From a virus (lineage: Duplodnaviria; Heunggongvirae; Uroviricota; Caudoviricetes), in the IMG/VR virus record IMGVR_UViG_3300026289_000086: a stretch of DNA of 64,000 nucleotides; one strand, written 5' to 3'. A program made the translations under genes and the position numbers. This document shows positions 57,268-64,000 of this stretch, piece by piece. The first letter of the stretch is position 1. Every line of letters starts with the position of its first letter. Below the pieces are notes generated by a model. That model saw only the letters and a list, made by a program, of their open reading frames with translations, ran no database searches and was not told the origin of the DNA.

Positions 57268-58551
57268 ATGTCGGAACAGCTCACAAAGATTGCTCAAAAC
57301 GTTCGCAACGCGCTGGGTTGCGCGGCTACTGGTGTCGGTTCGCTGGCTGTCCGCTGCGGCAGCGCCATCCGTCGTCACGCCGTTGGCCTCACCACGCTCG
57401 GTGTGCTCACCGTCGGCGGTTACGCCCTCTACACGAATCCCCCGGTGCAGAGCATTGGTCGTGGGGAAGTCGGCATCCGCCTCAATCAGCTCACCGGCGA
57501 TTCGGTCGAAGTGCACGAAGGCGCCGCGGTCGTCATTCCCCATCTGCACGAGCTGCGCCGCTTCTCGCTGCGCGACCAGGTCTATCGCCCGATCGATGGA
57601 CTCGAAGCCAACGGCCCTGCGCCTTTTCAGTCGGTCGAGGGGCTCTCGCTCGGTATCGACATCTCGGTGCGCTACGCGCTTGACCCGAAACAGATTGCGG
57701 CCGTGGCCCGGAACCTGCCCGAGGACATCAGTGGTGAGATCGTCGAACCGGTGGTCCAGGGTGTGCTCTACAAGACCCTGTCCCGCTACACCGTACGCGA
57801 GATTTTCTCGAGCAAACGCCAGGACATCCAGGAGTCCATCGAGGGTGAACTGAAACCCCGCCTGGCGGCTGACGGGATTGTTCTGGAGTCGGTGACCCTG
57901 GGCAAGGTGGACCTGCCGCGCGACTACCGGTCGGGCATGGAAACCCTGCTCGCCGAAGAACTCGCCAGCGAAAAAATGCGCTACACGCTGGAGCTCAAGG
58001 ACAAGCAGGTCAAGCAAAGCGAACTGGAAGCCCTGGCCCAGAAGGTGCGCCGGGAAACCGCCGCCGAGGCTGCCGGCCAGGAGCAGATCATCGCCGCCAG
58101 GGCTCAGGCCGAAGCGATGAAACACGTCCTGCCCTTCAAACAGAAACAGATCGAGCAACGCGGGCTCGAAGCCGAGGCCGAGAAGGTGACCCGGATCAAG
58201 CGCGCCGAAGCCACCGCCCAGTCGCGTCGCATCGAGGCGGCCGGCGAAGCCGATTCGCGCCGGCAGCTGGCCGACGCCGAAGCGTATCGGCAGGAGCGCA
58301 TGGGAAAAGTCGCCAGCGATCAGCTGGCGCGTGACGGCGCGCTGATCGACAAGCATCCGCTCCTGATCCAGAAGACGATGGCCGACAAGCTCTCCGACAA
58401 GATTTCGGTGATCATCGCGCCGCCGCCCCGCGACGGCGGCTTCATCGGTGCCGCCTTGCTCGGTAGCGGCCGAGTGACGCCTGCGCCATCAGGACGCTAT
58501 GAGGCGCCGGACGGTCGAGCCGCAGAAGACAGTTCCGAGGGAGGGCAATGA
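57268..58551 (+). CDS. SPFH/band-7 (flotillin-like) membrane protein
   Basis: ATG 57268 is in frame with track ORF 57169..58551. TM 'LTTLGVLTVGGYALY', then an SPFH domain, then a long EA-rich coiled coil 'LEAEAEKVTRIKRAEATAQSRRIEAAGEADSRRQLADAEAYRQ'. Confidence 0.7.
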   Translation: MSEQLTKIAQNVRNALGCAATGVGSLAVRCGSAIRRHAVGLTTLGVLTVGGYALYTNPPVQSIGRGEVGIRLNQLTGDSVEVHEGAAVVIPHLHELRRFSLRDQVYRPIDGLEANGPAPFQSVEGLSLGIDISVRYALDPKQIAAVARNLPEDISGEIVEPVVQGVLYKTLSRYTVREIFSSKRQDIQESIEGELKPRLAADGIVLESVTLGKVDLPRDYRSGMETLLAEELASEKMRYTLELKDKQVKQSELEALAQKVRRETAAEAAGQEQIIAARAQAEAMKHVLPFKQKQIEQRGLEAEAEKVTRIKRAEATAQSRRIEAAGEADSRRQLADAEAYRQERMGKVASDQLARDGALIDKHPLLIQKTMADKLSDKISVIIAPPPRDGGFIGAALLGSGRVTPAPSGRYEAPDGRAAEDSSEGGQ

Positions 58552-59987
58552 CCATGCTGGCCACCGCACTCACCATCATCGCCATCGTCACCCAGGATCA
58601 GGCCGGCCTGCGTGCCGCCCCGAGGGAAAGCGCCGCCCAGCATGCCGTCTTGTGGCAGGGTGACAGCCTGGAAATCCGTGGCACCAAGGGCGACTACCTG
58701 CAGGTCTACGACCATCGCCGGGAACGTGCCGGCTACGTCCGCGCGAGCCAGGTTCGGCCGCAGTCGCTGAAACCGGAAAACGCTCCCGAACTGCTTGCCG
58801 TGGTTCGTTTTCTGCGCGACACCCCCGGCGCGGAAGCCCTGGGCATCAGCTATGCCGCTGCCTATCTCAAGGCAGCGCCGGCGGAAGCCATCGATGGCGA
58901 AGTGTTCGATGCGCTCGGCACCTTCGCCGAACGTCTCGCCCGAAGCGCCAGCTCGCGCCGGGCAAAGAGACCCGACAGCGCCGTTGGCGAACATCTCGAA
59001 GTCGCCGCCGCTTACGGCGTGACCATGGTCAGCGTCGAGCGCGACGATCAAGTCCAGCTCTGCTACGACGGCGACGCCTTCCGCCGTGTCCTCGCGTTGC
59101 CGGCGAGCGATCTGCAGAAAGCCCTGGCGGCGCTGGCGCTCACTCGTCACGATTGCGTTTCACCGAGGCTGACGCCGGTCGAGCGGTTCGCTCTCGACAA
59201 CTGGCGGGCCGAAGTGCTGGACCGGATCGACACGTCCCAGCTCCCGGAGGTCCTCAAGAACCGCCTGCACCTGCGCAAGGCCGGGGTGTGGGCAAGTCTC
59301 GCCTGGCAACGGGCGAGACGGTCCGAACTCGGCACCGCGGCCGTTGCCGAGGCAGGTAACCGCGCGGTGGACGAACTGGCGGCGATCAACCAACACGAGT
59401 TGGCGGAAAGCGATGCCGCGACCTACAGCGACGCCGCGATTCGTGTGGGCGCTTCGCGCTGGGCCGCCGAGCCCGGGCTCCCGCTCGAGCCGATCAAGGC
59501 GCCGGTCGGTCTCGGGATCGTCACCACTCCCGGTGAACCAGGCGAGACCTGCGTTCATCTGGTCGATGCGCGACACGACGTGAAGAACCCGCTTCTCAGG
59601 CGCTGTACCTACGGTATCGTCTGGTCGGCATCGGCCGTCACTCACCCCGAGGGGGGCGCCCTGACCCTGGCTGTGCAGCCGCTGGACACCTGGCGCGAGA
59701 TGTGGGTCTTTCGCCAGGAACCAACGGGTTGGATTCTCGATGTCGTACCGCCGGCGACCGACACCCCCGACCTTGGCTACGTCGAATTCGCCGGATGGGT
59801 GCCGGGCCGCACGAAGATGCTCGCCGCCCGTGAGGCGAAGGTGGACGGCCGCTACAAGATCAGCTTCGAGTTGCTGAACCTGTCCAGCCTGGAGGTCGAA
59901 CGCTGGGCCGACAAGCCTTCGTCGCTGTCTGTCTTCTACCGGGGGCAGTCTCCGGCGTGGAAGGCGGGGACAGTGAGCATTCGCTGA
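58548..59987 (+). CDS. Hypothetical secreted protein with N-terminal SH3-like region, translationally coupled to the SPFH gene
   Basis: ATGA overlap. N-terminal hydrophobic segment, then 'VLWQGDSLEIRGTKGDYLQVYDHRRERAGYVRASQV' (SH3b-like). Confidence 0.4.
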   Translation: MTMLATALTIIAIVTQDQAGLRAAPRESAAQHAVLWQGDSLEIRGTKGDYLQVYDHRRERAGYVRASQVRPQSLKPENAPELLAVVRFLRDTPGAEALGISYAAAYLKAAPAEAIDGEVFDALGTFAERLARSASSRRAKRPDSAVGEHLEVAAAYGVTMVSVERDDQVQLCYDGDAFRRVLALPASDLQKALAALALTRHDCVSPRLTPVERFALDNWRAEVLDRIDTSQLPEVLKNRLHLRKAGVWASLAWQRARRSELGTAAVAEAGNRAVDELAAINQHELAESDAATYSDAAIRVGASRWAAEPGLPLEPIKAPVGLGIVTTPGEPGETCVHLVDARHDVKNPLLRRCTYGIVWSASAVTHPEGGALTLAVQPLDTWREMWVFRQEPTGWILDVVPPATDTPDLGYVEFAGWVPGRTKMLAAREAKVDGRYKISFELLNLSSLEVERWADKPSSLSVFYRGQSPAWKAGTVSIR

Positions 59988-60248
59988 CGTTTCCTGGAGG
60001 CGACTCGCATCGGAGCTGCGGGGAGTCTTCCTCGACATACTTCTCCAGGCGATGGATCGCGAACGAACGGGTCGCGGTCCATCGCCTGCTGCCCGTCGGC
60101 AGGCTTGAGTCGTGTTCGTCAAGCCAAACGGCGTTCGTTCTGTCGAGGGGCGATGACCCTTCCCTTGCCGGAAGCGGGAGGAGACACGCCGCCGATCGGC
60201 GAAAGGGCGCGGCTTGCGGATAACCTCGGGCCGGAAGGCGCGGGGCGT

Positions 60249-60746
60249 CTATTCCGGCTGGTCAAGAATCATGGCGCGTTGATACAGATCGACGGCCAAG
60301 GCGGCAAGGTGTTCCGGTGTCGCGCGATCACCCTGGGCTTCGAGGGCGGCCTTCAGGATACCTTCGAGTACGACGGGGTCGAGTGTCGGTGTTTGGAGTC
60401 CTTCAGCATCGCCGGGGCTGCCAGAGGCCGTGGTGTCGGCCGCGAGGACTTGGGCAATAACGCGTCGGCCGCGTCCTGTCGCGAGCCAGTCAAGGGTGAC
60501 GCCCCCAGCGGTGGCAATGGCCAGAGACTTGTCCAGCGATGGCATTCGCCCATCGCTGATGTACGCCCGGAGGACGGATTCCGCGAGGCCACATCGCTTG
60601 GCAAAAGATGCTACCGACCCCGGTCTGATGAGCACCTTCAAACGGGCTGCAAGCGCGCCCGATTCGACGGCAGGGATTGACGGTCGGTCGTTGCCCTGTT
60701 CAGACGCCGTTCCATCCGGCGGTGGCTCCCCATCGGTTTGGGTCAT
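60249..60746 (-). CDS. XRE-family helix-turn-helix transcriptional regulator
   Basis: HTH segment 'SVASFAKRCGLAESVLRAYISDGRMPSLDKSLAIATAGGVTLDWLATG'. The likely start is an internal Met (MTQTDGE), not the track's 60854. Confidence 0.55.
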   Translation of the reverse strand: MTQTDGEPPPDGTASEQGNDRPSIPAVESGALAARLKVLIRPGSVASFAKRCGLAESVLRAYISDGRMPSLDKSLAIATAGGVTLDWLATGRGRRVIAQVLAADTTASGSPGDAEGLQTPTLDPVVLEGILKAALEAQGDRATPEHLAALAVDLYQRAMILDQPE

Positions 60747-60997
60747 GTCGCTCCTTTCCAAACCAGCGCTTTTGAGGCCGGGAAGGCAGAGGACCGGCCC
60801 GGGTACAGTCGAGGCGAGGGCCGCCGCTTGTTCGTGTCCTGCATTTCTTTTCACGAATTATGCACTCGCAAGCGCCCCGATCATCGCCGTCCGGAATGAT
60901 CGGTCAAGGCCGGTGGTGGATTCTTGGCTCTATATTAGCGCTGCAGTAGTATCCGGCAGAAGCACGCGATCGTCTTCCTGGAACCCGTTGGGGGACC

Positions 60998-62839
60998 TTA
61001 CTGCGCCCCTCCAACCCGCATCCGCTGTAATGTCAGCACGAAACTCACGCCATCTTCCACGTTGCGAACGGTGATTGTCCCGCCCATCTTGGCCATGTAC
61101 GTCTTGGCGACGAAGAGACCTTGGCCGCGGTTACCGTTGGCGCCGGCTTCCGCATGCTCGGAAACGCCGTACTCGAAGATCTTGTCCAGGAAATCCTCAG
61201 CAATCGGCTGGCCGACATTGTGAATGATCACCGTCGCCGTGGTCTCCGTGCTCTCCAGGGTGAGTGTGATCGGCGTGCCCGGTTGACGGTACCGATCCGC
61301 GTTCTTGAGGATGTGCGAAAAGACGTCTTCAAGGGGAAACTCATCGGCGCGTACCCCCACCGGTTGGTACGCCGCGGCGCAACGCACGTCGACAAAGCCG
61401 GAGTTGTCAGCGACGTTACGCAGGAACTTGGCGATGTCGATCGCCTGAACCTGTAACGCCGAGGACTGAAAAGCTTCGCTGGGGCTGGCGTTGCCGTAGA
61501 GCACACGCACCGCCTGCTGCATGCGGTTGATGTAGCGGTAGCTGGGGTCGCCGGCGTGGCGATGCAGCACCAGGAGCGATTGTAGTGGTGACATGATTTC
61601 GTGACCGACGGCGTGCCATAGATCCCGTTCCTGCTCGGCGCGTATCCTTTCTCGCTCGGCGTCTTCCTTCACTCGACGCAGCAGATCGTTGAGGCAGTTG
61701 GCGAGGATGCCCAACTCGTCGCTGCCCCGCAGATCCGCCAGATCGAAGCGCTGCAGACCGCCCGTGGTTTTCACGCTTCTGGAGAGTGCGCTGGAACGCC
61801 GGGTGAGGCGGGTAATGCGGCGGATGATGCCGGCTTCGATGACCAGCCACGCCAGCGCAATGGCCAACAGCATGGCACCGACGAACCAGGACACGCGGGT
61901 GGCAACGGCGCTCAGGATCTGGTTCACACTGCGTGCGTCCCCGTGGAGCACAATTCGATAACTGCCCATCGGCGTCGCCACCTCGTCGGCGAGTTCAACC
62001 GGGGCGTCGTAGCTTTCAACCGGCAGCCTGCGAACCAGACGGGCGAGCAGCGGCGACGCTTCTTCGATGACCTCGACCTGGCCGCGCAGTTGCACCCGAT
62101 CAGTCGGCTCTGCGTGGCCGACGTTCCAAATCGTCAGGGTTTCGCCTGGCCGGAGAAGAGCCGTCAGGTCGTTGAGGGAAAAGGGCGGGACGGCACCGTC
62201 CTCGTTGCTGTCGAAAATCGCCGCACCGTCGCCGGGTGGCAGTATTTCCACGCGGACCTGAAACTGGTCGAGGTCTGGTGGCGGCCACTGGGGCTTTTCC
62301 GGCTGGAAGAGCGCATCGCGCAGCACGTCAATCGGCAGGCGTAGCGAGAAAAACGATTTCTTCTCGCAGTCCTCGTCGCTCTCCTTGGCGGCGTCAAGGC
62401 ACCGACCGCTCTGCCATACCCAGCCGCGGAATTCTTTCACCGGCATCTCGCCGGTGTAGTCCCGGTCGTCCAGTTCCACGTAACCCGTGAAACGACCTCG
62501 CATCCCCGACGCGCGCCGACGCTCGTCACGGCTCGGGACTTCGAAGGGCGCGACCCAGCGGTACGTCTCTCCACGCAGGCTGACCACCACCCGCAAGCGG
62601 TGGGCCCCATCGAGGAACTCGTTGCCGATGCGGTGAGGCACCAACGTCGGGCTGACGAAAGTGCCCGCCGCATAGATGAAGCCGCCGGCCCAGGGGTTGT
62701 TGGCAATCGCCACGCAGAGACTGCCGTAATTTTTGTACTGGACCAGGCAGCCGGCCATTTCTACGGCATGGCGAACCTTGCCCTGATCGTCGAAATCGAT
62801 GGCCGAGAAGGGCAGCATCACCGGGCGCAGCGGTGTCAC
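60998..62839 (-). CDS. Sensor histidine kinase
   Basis: H-box 'WHAVGHEIMSPLQSL' and a HATPase_c G-box 'GQGLFVAKTYMAKMGGTITVRN'. Large N-terminal periplasmic/sensor region. Confidence 0.8.
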   Translation of the reverse strand: MTPLRPVMLPFSAIDFDDQGKVRHAVEMAGCLVQYKNYGSLCVAIANNPWAGGFIYAAGTFVSPTLVPHRIGNEFLDGAHRLRVVVSLRGETYRWVAPFEVPSRDERRRASGMRGRFTGYVELDDRDYTGEMPVKEFRGWVWQSGRCLDAAKESDEDCEKKSFFSLRLPIDVLRDALFQPEKPQWPPPDLDQFQVRVEILPPGDGAAIFDSNEDGAVPPFSLNDLTALLRPGETLTIWNVGHAEPTDRVQLRGQVEVIEEASPLLARLVRRLPVESYDAPVELADEVATPMGSYRIVLHGDARSVNQILSAVATRVSWFVGAMLLAIALAWLVIEAGIIRRITRLTRRSSALSRSVKTTGGLQRFDLADLRGSDELGILANCLNDLLRRVKEDAERERIRAEQERDLWHAVGHEIMSPLQSLLVLHRHAGDPSYRYINRMQQAVRVLYGNASPSEAFQSSALQVQAIDIAKFLRNVADNSGFVDVRCAAAYQPVGVRADEFPLEDVFSHILKNADRYRQPGTPITLTLESTETTATVIIHNVGQPIAEDFLDKIFEYGVSEHAEAGANGNRGQGLFVAKTYMAKMGGTITVRNVEDGVSFVLTLQRMRVGGAQ

Positions 62840-62845
62840 GGGACC

Positions 62846-63076
62846 CTAGCCGCGCGGCGGGTTGAGAAGAGCCAACTGGCCAGCCGGGTGGCGCAGGCGG
62901 GCGACGATCTGTTCCTTGGTCTTCGCCAGGCTCGCCTGATAATTGTCGTAACTGCGCTGCTTTTCCTCCTGCAAGACCGCGACCGCCATGGCCACCACGG
63001 CCAGGGCCAGCAGCAGGAAGGAACTGCGAAAGACGATGCGCAGCCGAAACGACGCCAACCAGGCCAGCGGTTTCAT
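62846..63076 (-). CDS. Small membrane protein upstream of the kinase (possibly the displaced N-terminal TM segment of the kinase)
   Basis: 76 aa with TM 'FLLLALAVVAMAVAVL'. It ends 4 nt before the kinase's GTG start in a different frame. Confidence 0.3.
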   Translation of the reverse strand: MKPLAWLASFRLRIVFRSSFLLLALAVVAMAVAVLQEEKQRSYDNYQASLAKTKEQIVARLRHPAGQLALLNPPRG

Positions 63077-63151
63077 TCCGCCAATCTCACTGAAGAGGCG
63101 TAGCGACTCGCCGGAGCGCCGCGGAAGCCGCCGCTGCTGTCCATCGCCGCC

Positions 63152-63874
63152 TTACCGATCGCTTGAGCCGGTGGAGATCGGGTCAGACCATCGGAAGCCG
63201 CGCATGGGGATATTCTCGATGCGGTCAAAGTCCTCGTCCAGTTCGCGGAAAGCCTCGCGGATGCTGCTGATGTGTTTACGGATATTGTCCCGACTCCGGC
63301 CGCTCTTGACCACCCGGGACAGTTCTTCGTAAGAGACTACCTCGCCCCGTTTCTCGTAGAGCGCAGCGAGGATGCGCTGGGCGGTCAGTGGCAGGTTGAT
63401 TCGTTGTCCCCGCCACAGGGGCGTGCTCTGCCGCAAGGGATCCATGGAGAGTTCGTCGCTGGCAGCCAAAGGCGGCTTGACGCTTTCACGCTGTCGGACG
63501 GCGCGCAGGATTTCCAGGAAGGTATCGATAAACTCGGCTTCCTCGAAGGTGGCCTTCTGCAAGTAATCCCAGGCATCCAGCGCCTTCATGATGCCGCGGT
63601 AAATGGTGGCGGGCATCGCCGAAACCACCAGCACGGGTGTGCCGCTGGTGCGCTTGTTGATGGCGTTGATGATCGCAACACCCGCGTGACGCTCCCGCCC
63701 CAGTTCGATATCCAGCACCACCAGGTCGTACTGCACGCCAGCCAGGGCGGCTTCCGCATCGTCGCGGGTGAACCACTGCTCCACGGTGATGCCCGGGTGC
63801 GCGGAAAGAATCCATTCCTTGAGTTGATTGCTGGTGGGAATGTCGTCTTCGATGACGGCCACTTTGAACATGGT
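63152..63874 (-). CDS. Response regulator (receiver + OmpR/PhoB-type winged-helix)
   Basis: Receiver 'MFKVAVIEDD...YDLVVLDIEL...VLVVSAM' and C-terminal 'LTAQRILAALYEKRGEVVSYEELSRVV'. Start at ATG 63874. Confidence 0.8.
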   Translation of the reverse strand, partial: TMFKVAVIEDDIPTSNQLKEWILSAHPGITVEQWFTRDDAEAALAGVQYDLVVLDIELGRERHAGVAIINAINKRTSGTPVLVVSAMPATIYRGIMKALDAWDYLQKATFEEAEFIDTFLEILRAVRQRESVKPPLAASDELSMDPLRQSTPLWRGQRINLPLTAQRILAALYEKRGEVVSYEELSRVVKSGRSRDNIRKHISSIREAFRELDEDFDRIENIPMRGFRWSDPISTGSSDR

Positions 63875-64000
63875 GTTAACGGTGTCGCTTTTCCGCCGAA
63901 ATCTGGCGTCCACGGCCTGACGTGGTGGAAAGGCCGGTCCGTTTTGTTTTGGTTTTTGACTTTCAGCCAAGCATGAATATGCTGGTTTTCCGGTTTGCCG

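Noticed and set aside
57007-58356. Long antisense ORFs (for example 57007..58356 −, 1602..2879 −, 4968..5918 −, 8517..9287 −, 10751..11422 −, 28095..29693 −, 30449..31645 −)
   Set aside because: These are typical high-GC shadow ORFs on the strand opposite well-supported genes (SPFH, portal/protease, capsid, major tail, TMP, IS transposases). They are Arg/Ala/Pro-rich with low-complexity translations and no motifs.

Overview
This is a high-GC (about 65%) chromosomal segment, apparently proteobacterial, with three blocks.

- **Block 1 (1–18.5 kb):** the structural arm of an HK97-type siphovirus prophage, truncated at the window start. The order is TerL C-terminus, portal, S49 prohead protease, HK97 major capsid, connector/adaptor proteins, major tail protein, a G/GT chaperone with a canonical AAAAAAC −1 frameshift site, tape measure, then an RcGTA-like distal tail module (DUF2460, DUF2163/BR0599, NlpC/P60, large hub/host-specificity protein, DUF2793 fibre) and a holin-like gene. 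A lower-GC moron region with an HNH endonuclease sits inside the head module.
- **Block 2 (18.8–37.4 kb):** a lower-GC accessory island. It carries a secreted kinase-like protein bracketed by direct repeats of the holin-like gene, a DUF1353 protein, a secreted thermonuclease, split SRAP fragments, and a RiPP-like operon (precursor-like peptides, S8 protease, small protein, radical SAM/SPASM maturase). It also holds an intact IS4/IS50-like element with a 9-bp TSD, and two ~99% identical inverted IS110-family copies nested in older diverged 2.2-kb inverted repeats that flank an IS21 (istAB) element plus a small palindrome-flanked regulator gene.
- **Block 3 (37.4–57 kb):** a defence island. It has a translationally coupled 4-gene operon (Mrr-like REase-fold protein, helical protein, Rad50/SMC-like ABC ATPase with a CPVC zinc hook, trypsin-like protease) that resembles predicted ABC-3C conflict systems and matches no characterised named system I recognise. 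Next to it is a complete type I Zorya (zorABCD) preceded by a (TCTG)9 tetranucleotide repeat in its promoter region. The island also contains a PD-(D/E)xK protein, an IS1595 element with a TSD, a serine-recombinase remnant, an Mth938-like gene and parMR (a degraded plasmid/ICE backbone).

The window ends with an SPFH/flotillin-like pair, an XRE regulator and a two-component system. No rRNA, tRNA or CRISPR array was recognised.
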